Assembly (NCBI RefSeq): GCF_008709555.1
Contig: NZ_VYIJ01000007.1
Span: 411-64,410 of the forward strand
Length of the DNA: 64,000 nt
Direction of reading: 5' to 3'
From: Thermoplasma sp.
Lineage (GTDB): Archaea > Thermoplasmatota > Thermoplasmata > Thermoplasmatales > Thermoplasmataceae
This document shows positions 10,015 through 19,509 of this stretch, one piece after another (position 1 is the first letter of the stretch; each line of letters begins with the position of its first letter). Below the pieces are notes generated by a model, which searched no databases, was not told the DNA's origin, and was given only the letters and a program-made list of their open reading frames with translations. Position numbers and translations under genes: made by a program.

Positions 10015-11487
10015 TTATTTCGGATTTTCACTGCCTTTCTGAATTGTTATAGAACCCCTGCTGCGCTCTTCCTTTCCCCTTATGAATGAGAAAAGCGCAC
10101 CGATGAGTATTAATATCAGCGAGACGGCCAGCGCCGTGTGTATGCCGGTGAGAAAAGATGCTGATACTCCACCCACCAGATGACCAACGCCTGCGAACAC
10201 CTCGAAGGCTATGTACCTAGGTATCGATAATGTAGATATTGTTATTGCGAGGACGAATGATCCGAGCATCCCTATGTTCGCCATTGTCCTGAGAAGCCCG
10301 GACGCGGCCCCATATGTCTTCACAGGCGAACTGGCCATAACAGCACTGTTGTTGGCAGGGAAGAACATGGATGATCCAAGGCCAGATATTATCGATACCG
10401 GTATTATGTAGTATATGGATGTCGACAGGCTCAGCTGCATATACAGCACTATGGCAACCGCCATCATCAGCATGCCGAGAGTAGCGGGTAACCTAGCACC
10501 TATCCTGTCCGATAAGCGTCCAAATATCGGGCCAGTGAAACCTCCAAGGACGTATCCCGGGACGAGCAGCAGAGAACTGTCAAGAGGCGTGAGACCGCGG
10601 AGGCCCTGTAGATACATTATTATTATGAATGTCACTGCAAGGTAACCAAGACTCTGTAGGAACGAAGCCATTATCGAGAAGTTGAATACCCTGTTCTGGA
10701 ACATGCTCACTGGCAGGAGAGCGTCCTTGTTCGATCTCTCAAGAAAAACGAATGCAACGATGAGTATTGCACCAACTAACATGAGCCCCTCGTTCAACCT
10801 GTCTATACCATGTGAAGTGAAATCGGTCGCAGCGTATGAGATTGATACAAGGGCAGCAGAGAGCGTCACCACACCCGGTATATCTAGGCGTGCCATGCGC
10901 CTCTCGCTTTTGCCTATGTATTTCATAGCGAAGTAGAACGAGGCAAGCCCTATGGGCACGTTTATGTAGAATATGTAGCGCCATCCTATCAGCGTTGTAA
11001 TTATTCCACCCAATACTATACCAAGGGTTGCACCGGAGTTCCAGCCCACTGAGGTGTATCCATAGGCTCTGCCCCTAAGGTTGGGTGGAAAGTTATCCGC
11101 TATGATCGAACCGGAGTTGGCCTGCATCATGGAACCGCCTGCGGCCTGTATAAACCGGAAGGCTATCAGCGACTCGATGTTCGGAGATATTCCGCACAGG
11201 AACGAACCGGCCGTGAATATTAACATGCCGCTGTTGAATATTGTCTTCCTGGACTTCATGTCTCCAAGACGGCCAAACTGGGTTGTGGTCACAGCTGCTG
11301 TGAGAAGATAAGCGAGTATTATCCATATGGACAACGAAAGGGGCGCTTTCAGGCTATCCGATATTGTCGGGAGAGCAAGCACAACGATCGTGCTGTCGAT
11401 TGCTCCCATCATGACCCCCGCGAGAACCGGGATGAGTATCAGGTCGTTCTTCGAAATGGCCATGCTCATTTTCCTGATGCAATCCAA
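10015..11487 (-). CDS. MFS transporter, 14-TMS drug:H+ antiporter (EmrB/QacA-like)
   Basis: 490 aa. Motif GRLGDMKSRK after TM2 and FGRLSDRIGAR in the second half. Hydrophobic throughout. Confidence 0.85.
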   Translation of the reverse strand: MDCIRKMSMAISKNDLILIPVLAGVMMGAIDSTIVVLALPTISDSLKAPLSLSIWIILAYLLTAAVTTTQFGRLGDMKSRKTIFNSGMLIFTAGSFLCGISPNIESLIAFRFIQAAGGSMMQANSGSIIADNFPPNLRGRAYGYTSVGWNSGATLGIVLGGIITTLIGWRYIFYINVPIGLASFYFAMKYIGKSERRMARLDIPGVVTLSAALVSISYAATDFTSHGIDRLNEGLMLVGAILIVAFVFLERSNKDALLPVSMFQNRVFNFSIMASFLQSLGYLAVTFIIIMYLQGLRGLTPLDSSLLLVPGYVLGGFTGPIFGRLSDRIGARLPATLGMLMMAVAIVLYMQLSLSTSIYYIIPVSIISGLGSSMFFPANNSAVMASSPVKTYGAASGLLRTMANIGMLGSFVLAITISTLSIPRYIAFEVFAGVGHLVGGVSASFLTGIHTALAVSLILILIGALFSFIRGKEERSRGSITIQKGSENPK

Positions 11488-11603
11488 TTATTAATATGTG
11501 CGGTATTTTACATAAGAAACATTGTGTATTGTATGGAATTATACGTCAATTGCCGAATGCGATTATAGCAAAATATAAATAGTATGCAAGAGTATGATTA
11601 TCA

Positions 11604-11783
11604 ATGGCAAAGATAGAGATAGACGATGAGATGTACAGAAAGCTGTCCTCCATGGGGGACGTTGAGGAGATGGTTAGAGAAGCGGTGAGCAGGTACACGA
11701 TGGTTCCGGCTGTCTACGCAGTCGAACGAACGGCTTACGACGGCTACCTTTCTGGTTACTTCTGCCACGGCAACGCCGACTGA
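11604..11783 (+). CDS. small ORF, possible ribbon-helix-helix (antitoxin/CopG-like) protein
   Basis: 59 codons, below the ORF-track cut-off. The N-terminus MAKIEIDDEMYRKL resembles RHH beta-strand starts. The TATA box aaaatataaatag sits ~25-30 nt upstream of the ATG. A hairpin with a T-run follows. Confidence 0.3.
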   Translation: MAKIEIDDEMYRKLSSMGDVEEMVREAVSRYTMVPAVYAVERTAYDGYLSGYFCHGNAD

Positions 11784-11793
11784 AGTTCCATCC

Positions 11794-11814
11794 GGGTCAT
11801 ATTTTTAACGACCC
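11794..11814 (+). terminator. hairpin with internal T-run downstream of the small ORF
   Basis: GGGTC-atatttttaac-GACCC. An oligo-T tract is typical of archaeal termination signals. Confidence 0.3.
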
Positions 11815-11891
11815 TGACCGCATCCTCACCTATGTTATATATGAAATGAATCGTCGGCACTTTCTGCAGCATCGAGTAATAACTTTCATAT

Positions 11892-12050
11892 ATGGTTGTT
11901 CAATCAGGTCAACGTCACACTATAGCGATCAGAGGTGTTTGGTTGAAGAGAAGTTCAAGGGACTGGAAAAAGCGCGGAAAGATGCGATGGAAGTGGAGAA
12001 AGAAGAGAATCAGAAGGCTCAAGAGACAGAGAAGAGCCAACAGAATGTGA
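11892..12050 (+). CDS. rpl41e: ribosomal protein eL41 (L41e)
   Basis: Translation reads ..[35 protein letters not shown], an extremely basic sequence. [18 protein letters not shown] matches the eL41 core. The start is ambiguous (ATG-11892, TTG-11943 or ATG-11982). It lies in another frame of the listed 94-aa ORF. Confidence 0.75.
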   Translation: MVVQSGQRHTIAIRGVWLKRSSRDWKKRGKMRWKWRKKRIRRLKRQRRANRM

Positions 12051-12090
12051 TCCTACAAAAATTCTTTATCCCATATGATGATGTTTTGCC

Positions 12091-12432
12091 ATGGACGACG
12101 AACTGGAGAAATATTTTAAGGATTTTATGAAGGCAATGCCCACCGAGGACCTATACCTCGAGGCTGTCCGCGACATAGTAAAGGATCTTATAAAAGAATA
12201 CATAAAGAAGAAGATGAATGAAGACGAGACCATAAAGAAGGAACTTGCCACCGTTCTGGAGGAGTTCATGGAGTCCCGCGTGAAGCAGTATGATGCAATG
12301 ATAAGCATGACGAAGATAATCGCGAAGATCGGGCTCGTCAGCGCACCTGAAGGCGTAAAATCCGAGATGTACGAGGATTTCATGAAGGTCTTCAAGAACG
12401 AGATAGAGGCAGTAATAAGGAAGACGCTATGA
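12091..12432 (+). CDS. hypothetical charged helical protein
   Basis: 113 aa, K/E-rich with protein-like composition. The antisense 109-aa ORF is Ser/Phe-rich and looks like a shadow ORF. It starts 40 nt downstream of eL41. Confidence 0.5.
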   Translation: MDDELEKYFKDFMKAMPTEDLYLEAVRDIVKDLIKEYIKKKMNEDETIKKELATVLEEFMESRVKQYDAMISMTKIIAKIGLVSAPEGVKSEMYEDFMKVFKNEIEAVIRKTL

Positions 12433-13818
12433 TGTCGTGTCGAAGTCCTTCACAATAATGGATCTTGAGTAGAGATCGAAGATCGTGAGCTTCGATGGCT
12501 TCGGGTTGAAGTTCATCATCTTCTGGTATTCGGTCTGGGACTGCCATGTTGAGGAGTTCACATACCTCACACCCTTGTAGTTTCCGATGTAGTGCGAATG
12601 TATGTGTCCCGTTATGAATATGTCCGGAACCTCCTCTATTACATGATAATCCACTGCCGAGGGTATCATCGGCGTGTTACCGCCATATTTCGGGCTTAGA
12701 TGCCTCCTTATCAGTATGGCCTCTATGGCCTTGCCTATGCTGTCGTAGTTCGCTCCGGGTATCAGCTCTATCATGTCATTTAGGGACATGCCATGATATA
12801 CGAGGACATTCTTTCCCTCCAGCTTCAGATTGTATGGATTTGGCAGGAAGGCCACGTTTGGCTCGAACAGATCCCTGATCCTTGGCGGGAAAACCGGCTG
12901 CGGTTCTGACAAGCGTACGGTATCATGGTTTCCAGGCATCACGAAAACCTTTATGTCCTCGGGCACATCAACGAGGTATTCGGCCAGCTTCGCGTACTGT
13001 TCCAGCGGGTTCAGTATCTCAAGATCGTTTTCCTGATCTGGGTACACGCCTATACCGTCTACGACATCACCGCTGAGGATCAGGTATTTAACCTTCGATG
13101 CGTCTGAGTCGGAAGAAGCCAGCCATTTAACCATTGACTCGAACTCGTTCTTCCTGAATGTCTTGCTTCCAACATGTATGTCCGATATCGAGGCAACGTA
13201 CACAGGATCGTGCTTCTCCTCATCCATAACGCGATAGGGTATGTCAGGCCTGATTATCTCATTCACAAATATGACCGGATCCTTTGATGACTGGCTTACG
13301 CTTCCTATTATCCCTATGACCTCGTCTTCCAGTATTATCTCGTTTATAGGGCCGCGGTCCTTCATCACTATTGCCGTTATGGAATCCTCCAGATCCTCGA
13401 TCACTATGCGCTTGTGTCCATTTTTCGTCATCGATACCTCTGAGACCATGCCGACGACCTTTACCTCGCCTTGGGACCTCTTTGCCGTCTTTATGCTGAC
13501 AGAACCACGCATCGACGAACTCGAGGTTATGATCTTGATGATCTTCTCGTATTTGCTCACGAACATCCTTCTGAAGTCCTCAATTGAGGCATTGAAACGC
13601 ACATCCGGAAGATACACCTCGTAATCGTTCCTGATCTTTGGCCTCGAAATATAGCGGTCCACGTATTTCTCATCAATGTAGCCATCAGAATTCCTTATCA
13701 TCTCTTCTATCATGGAGCTGGAAGAGTATTTTATCAGCTTATCCAGCGCCTCCGGTGATATCAGCACGCCATTGCTGTTGAAGTACTGTATGAGGCTCGT
13801 CCGATCAAGCTGGGACAT
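12427..13818 (-). CDS. polB: DNA polymerase II (PolD) small subunit DP1
   Basis: Calcineurin-like phosphoesterase motifs SDIHVGS, LSGDVVDG, MPGNHD and TGHIHS, with an OB-fold-like middle region. Start set at ATG-13818 (MSQLDR) because the TATA box (~13885-13895) overlaps the longer ORF's start. Confidence 0.9.
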   Translation of the reverse strand: MSQLDRTSLIQYFNSNGVLISPEALDKLIKYSSSSMIEEMIRNSDGYIDEKYVDRYISRPKIRNDYEVYLPDVRFNASIEDFRRMFVSKYEKIIKIITSSSSMRGSVSIKTAKRSQGEVKVVGMVSEVSMTKNGHKRIVIEDLEDSITAIVMKDRGPINEIILEDEVIGIIGSVSQSSKDPVIFVNEIIRPDIPYRVMDEEKHDPVYVASISDIHVGSKTFRKNEFESMVKWLASSDSDASKVKYLILSGDVVDGIGVYPDQENDLEILNPLEQYAKLAEYLVDVPEDIKVFVMPGNHDTVRLSEPQPVFPPRIRDLFEPNVAFLPNPYNLKLEGKNVLVYHGMSLNDMIELIPGANYDSIGKAIEAILIRRHLSPKYGGNTPMIPSAVDYHVIEEVPDIFITGHIHSHYIGNYKGVRYVNSSTWQSQTEYQKMMNFNPKPSKLTIFDLYSRSIIVKDFDTTS

Positions 13819-13912
13819 ATTGCACTTCACGATGATCCGCTTCAAGCATAAATGGATTATCTTCCGAAGATCGTTCAAAAAGTAATATTATATTCGAGAA
13901 GATCACGCAGGG

Positions 13913-14770
13913 ATGCAAAAAGATGGAGAACCGCTTCTCTTCTTCTTCATGGCTTTCTTCTGGGGTCTGAACTATATAATGGTAAAATACGCGTACATAT
14001 ACGACGTATCATCCTCGGTGCTCCTCATGAGGGTTCTCTACGCGCTCGTATTCTCAACAATACTGTTCTTCAGGCAGATAAGGTTTCCGAGGACGCTGGA
14101 AGAGCACCTGAAGGTGTTCGGGCTTGCGAACCTCAACATTACCGCATTCTTCTCGCTCTGGTTCTTTGGAGAGACCGGAGTCAGCGCTTCGCTGACGTCC
14201 ATCGTCATATATTCATATCCCATCATGTCTCTGGCCGCCTCATATGCCATTCTGAACGACCGCTTCGGGAGGGGGAAGGCCATGGGCATAGCACTTGGCT
14301 TCGCCGGTCTCGTAATTATATTCTTCCGTTCTATCAACGTCTATAATTATGTAGACCTGATAATGCTCATACTGGCGGCACTGAGCTGGGCCATGGGCAC
14401 GGTATTCTACAGGAAATTCCTGACCGGCTATGATTCAGCCGGCCTTAACACGCTGCAGCTACTTTATGCCATGCCTGTCGTGATCATCATCGCCTTCATT
14501 ACTGGCGGGATCAACAGACAGCTGATGATACCGCAGTTCAACCTCATAATGATATACATGGGATCTCTGGGAACGGCGGTGGCCTACTTCATATTCCTGA
14601 CGCTTTACAGGAAGTACAGGGTGAGCGATATCTCCGCATATTTCTTCCTTGTTCCGGCGATAAGTGTGATACTTTCCGTGCTGATGCTGCACGAGGCGGT
14701 ATCCCGCATAATGATCGCCGGATTCGTTGTTATGAGCATCGGCATCTATATGTCTGGGCGCCTGAAATAG
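13913..14770 (+). CDS. EamA/DMT family transporter
   Basis: 285 aa with 10 hydrophobic segments in a two-fold repeat pattern. TATA-like aatattatattc lies ~25 nt upstream (leaderless-type). Confidence 0.8.
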   Translation: MQKDGEPLLFFFMAFFWGLNYIMVKYAYIYDVSSSVLLMRVLYALVFSTILFFRQIRFPRTLEEHLKVFGLANLNITAFFSLWFFGETGVSASLTSIVIYSYPIMSLAASYAILNDRFGRGKAMGIALGFAGLVIIFFRSINVYNYVDLIMLILAALSWAMGTVFYRKFLTGYDSAGLNTLQLLYAMPVVIIIAFITGGINRQLMIPQFNLIMIYMGSLGTAVAYFIFLTLYRKYRVSDISAYFFLVPAISVILSVLMLHEAVSRIMIAGFVVMSIGIYMSGRLK

Positions 14771-14779
14771 ACTGTGCTT

Positions 14780-15964
14780 TCAGAGGAAGATGCCACGTTT
14801 TGGAAAAACTATGTCCGGCCTGTATGAGATCTCCGGATATCTGTTTAGGCCAATATACCTTGTCCTTGCCCTGGTCAGCATCATCCGGAATATCATGGAA
14901 TCGGAACTGTATACGGCGAGGGATACCGGATCAATTTTCATAATGCGTTCCATAACCTCTTCCACTGATGCAGCATGGTGCAGAATGTAGACCGGCGTGT
15001 AGAGCATGTCGTCAAAGTCCGTTATCTCGCCGTTTATCAGCGTGGGTGTTATTATGTTGCCCTGTGGCCCCTTCGAATACATGAGGGATCTGGCCTTTCT
15101 CGCCTCTGCGATCATGTTCAGAGATCGGACAAGATCGATATCAGATGCGCACGGGCCAAGCTGTGTTGAGAGATCCTCAGGATCTCCTGCCCTTATTGAT
15201 GGTAGCAGTTCCTTCAGCCTGTTCACGAAGTATTCGAAGACATCCTCATGCACTATCATGGCCCTGAGGAACGTGCCGTGCCTCTCTATGATCCCGCTGA
15301 CAAGATCCTGCGCCGCAAAATCCAGGTCTGCGTCCTTCCACACTACGACAACAGATGGCCCTCCCCTGTCCGCGAGGATTGTTCCAGAAGTTCTGCCGTA
15401 GTCCTGCATCCCATCAGTCGAATATGACACCACGTATTTCGATCCCGGCAGACCATCCGGAATTCCATGGTTCCACACGGTTAAAGATCCCTTTGGTAGC
15501 CCTGAGGAGGCAAAGGCCTTGTACATCAGCGATGGGACAAGAAATGCATGCCTGTCCGGAACAACCGCCACCGGCACGCGGTTTGAAAGGAAGAATAGGG
15601 ATGGAACCAGCATTGATGATACTGGATCCTGATGATTTGGGTATACAATGGAATACTGCGGCAGATGATTGAATACAGGATCCTCAAGTATACCGATCTT
15701 TCTCACATCAGAAAGCGATCGGTTCAACTCCGATATTAGGTATCCCACCGGCTTCCCCGTTGTCCTCGCTATCCTTGGCAGTATGGCGTCTCTGTTCTCC
15801 TGCAGATAATCAAAGACGGAATCTATGGATGATCGGATCTGTTCAACAGAGAGAGATCGCAGTGATGCGGATGCATCCTGTATCGCATCCAGTTCCGGAC
15901 CAGGACTCCCGTATTCAAGATACGCGTCCTCTATCTCATCCGTGAATCTATTTCTTATTATCAT
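14780..15964 (-). CDS. aldehyde dehydrogenase-fold protein lacking the catalytic cysteine
   Basis: ALDH landmarks are present: GLPKGSLTVW, WKDADLDFAAQ, AGDPEDLSTQLGP and ITPTLI. At the positions of ELGGK and GQxC it reads ADRGGP and GTFL, and its single Cys lies elsewhere. It has 394 aa, shorter than my recollection of typical ALDHs. Confidence 0.6.
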   Translation of the reverse strand: MIIRNRFTDEIEDAYLEYGSPGPELDAIQDASASLRSLSVEQIRSSIDSVFDYLQENRDAILPRIARTTGKPVGYLISELNRSLSDVRKIGILEDPVFNHLPQYSIVYPNHQDPVSSMLVPSLFFLSNRVPVAVVPDRHAFLVPSLMYKAFASSGLPKGSLTVWNHGIPDGLPGSKYVVSYSTDGMQDYGRTSGTILADRGGPSVVVVWKDADLDFAAQDLVSGIIERHGTFLRAMIVHEDVFEYFVNRLKELLPSIRAGDPEDLSTQLGPCASDIDLVRSLNMIAEARKARSLMYSKGPQGNIITPTLINGEITDFDDMLYTPVYILHHAASVEEVMERIMKIDPVSLAVYSSDSMIFRMMLTRARTRYIGLNRYPEISYRPDIVFPKRGIFL

Positions 15965-15970
15965 GTCAGC

Positions 15971-17428
15971 CTACGGATTTATGTTTGATATCTGGTAATT
16001 TGGCGGTTCGCTTATCAGCCTTATGTCGTGCGGATGGCTCTCCCTCAGGCCATTGTTTGTTATCCTTACGAACTTTCCGTTCCTCTTTAGATCCTCGATC
16101 GTGGCTGCACCCACGTACCCCATTCCCGTGCGAAGGCCGCCGACCAGCTGGAAGAGGACTTCGTCAACCCTACCCCTGTAAGGGACTGCTCCTTCTACGC
16201 CCTCAGCTATGAAACCATTGCCCAGCTTGCTGTACCTGTCAGAAAGGCCGGTTGTGAGAGCGCCTATGGATCCCATGCCCCTGTAGGCCTTGTACTTCCT
16301 GCCATTGATTATCATCTCCTGGCCGGGGCTTTCCTCGGTTCCAGCCAGCATTGAACCCAGCATAACCGCATCTGCGCCTGCGGCTATTGCCTTGACTATG
16401 TCTCCTGAGTACCTTATGCCTCCGTCCGCTATCACCGGAATCCCACTTTCCCTGGCAACTTCAGCCGCCTCCGAGATGGCAGTGAGCTGCGGCACTCCAA
16501 CGCCCGCAACTATCCTGGTAGTGCATATGGATCCCGGCCCTATGCCGACCCTTAGCCCGTCCACGTCGCAGGCTATGAGATCCTCTGCGGCCTGGGCCGT
16601 CGCTATGTTTCCAGCGACGATGTCTACGGATATCTGTTTCCTCATGTTCCTGATCGATGACAGGACGTTTTCGTTGTCCGCGTGTGCAGTATCAATGACT
16701 ATGAAGTCTGCTCCGGCTTTCTCCACCTCTATTGCCCTCTCTATGTCGAAGGGGCCGACGGCTGCACCGACCATCAGCTGCCCCTCGCTGTCCCTCGAGG
16801 CGTCTGGGAACTTCTGCCTGGTTATTATGTCCTTGGCGGTTATGAGCCCGACGAGATGTCCTGCGCTATCTACGAGTGGCAGCTTCTCGATCCTGTTCTT
16901 GTGCAGTATCTCTATTGCCTCATCAATATCCACGTCCTCTGGTGCCGTGATAACATCCTTTACCATGACGTCGGATACCGAAGAACCCTTCTTCACGAAT
17001 TCCAGATCCCTCTTCGTCACTATACCGATCAGTTTGTCGTCCTTCACGACTGGGAGACCAGCTATGTTTCTCGTGGCCATGAGAGTTTTGGCGACCTCTA
17101 TTGGCGTCTCCGGGCTTATGGTGTAAACATCCCTGATTATTATGGTCTCTTCCCTCTTGACGCGCTTGATCATCTCCACTTCCTTCTCCCTTGGCTGGTT
17201 TCTGTGTATAACTCCTATGGCACCATACCGTGCCATGGCTATGGCCATGGCATCCTCGGTGACTGTGTCCATTGGAGAACTTATTATGGGTACCTTGACC
17301 TGTATATGCCTGCTTATACGGGATGAAACAACAACGTTCTTGGGTTCGACTGAAGTCCTCATTGGAAGTAGAAGGACATCGTCAAAAGTGAAACCTTCAG
17401 CTATCTTCGTGAATTTCTCTCTATACAT
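15971..17428 (-). CDS. guaB: IMP dehydrogenase
   Basis: N-terminal GFTFDDVLLLP, tandem CBS insert, catalytic loop GIGPGSICTTR, C-terminal GGLRTGMGYVGA. Start at ATG-17428 lies ~20 nt after the TATA-like catttatttatt. Confidence 0.95.
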   Translation of the reverse strand: MYREKFTKIAEGFTFDDVLLLPMRTSVEPKNVVVSSRISRHIQVKVPIISSPMDTVTEDAMAIAMARYGAIGVIHRNQPREKEVEMIKRVKREETIIIRDVYTISPETPIEVAKTLMATRNIAGLPVVKDDKLIGIVTKRDLEFVKKGSSVSDVMVKDVITAPEDVDIDEAIEILHKNRIEKLPLVDSAGHLVGLITAKDIITRQKFPDASRDSEGQLMVGAAVGPFDIERAIEVEKAGADFIVIDTAHADNENVLSSIRNMRKQISVDIVAGNIATAQAAEDLIACDVDGLRVGIGPGSICTTRIVAGVGVPQLTAISEAAEVARESGIPVIADGGIRYSGDIVKAIAAGADAVMLGSMLAGTEESPGQEMIINGRKYKAYRGMGSIGALTTGLSDRYSKLGNGFIAEGVEGAVPYRGRVDEVLFQLVGGLRTGMGYVGAATIEDLKRNGKFVRITNNGLRESHPHDIRLISEPPNYQISNINP

Positions 17429-17482
17429 GCGAAAGGAAGTAAAAACCAATAAATAAATGTTGCCAGTTCTTCCTCTGAAAGA

Positions 17483-18244
17483 TCATCTGGTGATCGACGA
17501 CGATGTTTTGTTCCCGTTCGTGGATCTGATGATCTTCCTGATGAATTCTATCGTCTGTGCTGTATGATTATCGTACTCGTACAGTATTGTATTGTAGTAG
17601 TCCTCTGCAACGCTCATCGGTATTCCAATCCGTTCTGAAAGGCTGCGTGCACATTCCATTTTGTAGGCGATCGATCGCATGACAGCATGATCGAGTTCCG
17701 TCGTGTCTGGATTCTCCGATATTCTTGAGACTGATACCGCGTATACTGGTGCCATGTGGAATATCCTTGAGAACGCGTTGCCCACATCCATTATTATGTG
17801 GTTTCTGCCTGCATAAACTGCAAGCGCCTCATCACCATTGAGAAGGGCGTAGTCAGCCACGGTTAGAAGATCTTCCGCATCCTTGTAATCGGTATGGATG
17901 AACCTGTGTTCCACATGTAGGGATGTGAGGACAAGATCAAGGTACAGTTCCGTGGTTCTGGTATTGCGCGTTATTGCCACATCCATTTTCTTCTTCAAGC
18001 CGTCTTTCCTCGATACCAGCAGCGTTGATACGGTCTTCCCCTTGGAGTGTATATTTGCAGTATTGAGAAGCCTCAGGTTATCTTCATTCTCCAGATATGA
18101 GACAAGCGACACCATCCCTATTTCGGATCTGCCGGACAGCACAAGCTCCAGGTTCTGGAACGGGCCATGCCGATCAACACCATCTCGATTTTCAAATCCC
18201 ATATAAAGAGGATCGCTGTGCGCAAAATCAATTATGGATATCAT
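17483..18244 (-). CDS. MqnA/MqnD-family protein (futalosine-pathway menaquinone biosynthesis, chorismate dehydratase-like)
   Basis: 253 aa. The N-terminus ISIIDFAHSDPLYMGF resembles the MqnA start (G.I.YLN..PL). There is a 4-nt overlap with the upstream MqnC/E-type radical SAM gene. The family call is by eye only. Confidence 0.5.
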   Translation of the reverse strand: MISIIDFAHSDPLYMGFENRDGVDRHGPFQNLELVLSGRSEIGMVSLVSYLENEDNLRLLNTANIHSKGKTVSTLLVSRKDGLKKKMDVAITRNTRTTELYLDLVLTSLHVEHRFIHTDYKDAEDLLTVADYALLNGDEALAVYAGRNHIIMDVGNAFSRIFHMAPVYAVSVSRISENPDTTELDHAVMRSIAYKMECARSLSERIGIPMSVAEDYYNTILYEYDNHTAQTIEFIRKIIRSTNGNKTSSSITR

Positions 18245-19338
18245 GCGTACGCCATTATATTATAGAAGGTGTCCCTTATCGCGGGTACCTTTCCAGCCTG
18301 CCTTATGAGGCGGTTCAGCTCCTCCGTGGTGGTCGGATTCTTCCTGTCCGTAGCACCGAATACCTTCTCGCTGTAAGCTGTACCCACCAGATCGCTGCCG
18401 CCTCCGTTGATGGCGATCTGTGCGACAAGCTTGCCCAATGCGACCCAGTAAACGCTTATGTTCCTTATCGCTTCGCCCATTATTATCCTAGCCAACGCTA
18501 TGACCTTCAGGTCCTTGTCTACTGGTGCCGGACCCTTCACCCTACCGGATTTTAGCAGTGCAGTGTTCTCTGGACTGAATTTCAGCGGTATGAATGAGAG
18601 GAAACCCGGAACCTCCATCTGGTTGTCCCTTATCTTTATCATGTGATCCACTATGTGGTTCCATCCCTCGACGTGGCCGTAGGTCATGGTAGAATTCCCC
18701 CTGAGGCCGAGCGCGTGTATTATCTTGGCATCCTCAAGCCATTTTTCACCTGAGATCTTCTCCGGCGTTGCCACTATCCTCCTGATCTCCGGATCGAATA
18801 TCTCAGCACCGCCTCCAGTGTGTGCGTTCATGCCGGCCTCCATGAACCTTGAAACAGTTTCCTTTATGCTGTTCCCCGTTGTCCTTGCAATGAAGTCTAT
18901 CTCCGGGATCGTGAAAGCCTTTATGGCGACGTCCGGCATAATTGACCTTATCGTCCTGAACATATCCTCATAGTACTCTATGCTCAGGTCTGGATTGAAG
19001 CCGCCAACTATGTGAACCTCGGTCACCTGCCTCTTCTTTGCCTCGTAGGCCTCGTGCATGATCATATCCCTAGTCAGTTCATATCCCTTTCCGAACCTCT
19101 TGTTCTTGTATGGGACATAAAATGCACATATTGGACAGCTTGCTGTGCAGTAGTTTGTGTAATTTATATTATATGAAACTGCATACGTCACGGTATCGCC
19201 GACATCGATCTCAGTGAGCCTGCTTGCTATCTTCATCAGGTCGAATATATCCATGTTGGTGAGATCCATGGCCTCATCGAACGTTATGGGCGAGTTTCTG
19301 GCTCTCTCAACCCAGTAATCAACATCATAGGAGATCAT
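18241..19338 (-). CDS. radical SAM enzyme of the MqnC/MqnE/CofH family
   Basis: Cluster motif NYTNYCTASCPICAFY (CxxxCxxC followed by AFY), GGFNP, and C-terminal GGSDLVGT typical of this family. 365 aa. Confidence 0.75.
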   Translation of the reverse strand: MISYDVDYWVERARNSPITFDEAMDLTNMDIFDLMKIASRLTEIDVGDTVTYAVSYNINYTNYCTASCPICAFYVPYKNKRFGKGYELTRDMIMHEAYEAKKRQVTEVHIVGGFNPDLSIEYYEDMFRTIRSIMPDVAIKAFTIPEIDFIARTTGNSIKETVSRFMEAGMNAHTGGGAEIFDPEIRRIVATPEKISGEKWLEDAKIIHALGLRGNSTMTYGHVEGWNHIVDHMIKIRDNQMEVPGFLSFIPLKFSPENTALLKSGRVKGPAPVDKDLKVIALARIIMGEAIRNISVYWVALGKLVAQIAINGGGSDLVGTAYSEKVFGATDRKNPTTTEELNRLIRQAGKVPAIRDTFYNIMAYA

Positions 19339-19509
19339 TTTATACTCATTGTCATTTGATATTTAAACTTGGAGCCATTTCGCCTTGAACGAAGGCGCAT
19401 TATATTTCTGCTTCAGCCTCTTTCTCCGAATGAATGGATATCTAAACTTTATGGATATGATTAATCAACAAATGCTTAAATACGGCAGGAAAATGACTGG
19501 GCGTGACCC

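Noticed and set aside
11846-12130. 94-aa ORF
   Set aside because: A different frame of the same DNA encodes an obvious eL41 sequence. The 94-aa product has no recognisable features.
16290-17126. 278-aa ORF on the plus strand (with 16682-17326 and 17142-17456) inside guaB
   Set aside because: It lies antisense to a gene with unmistakable IMPDH motifs. Its composition is Ser/Pro/Ala-rich and low-complexity, typical of shadow ORFs opposite a real coding frame.
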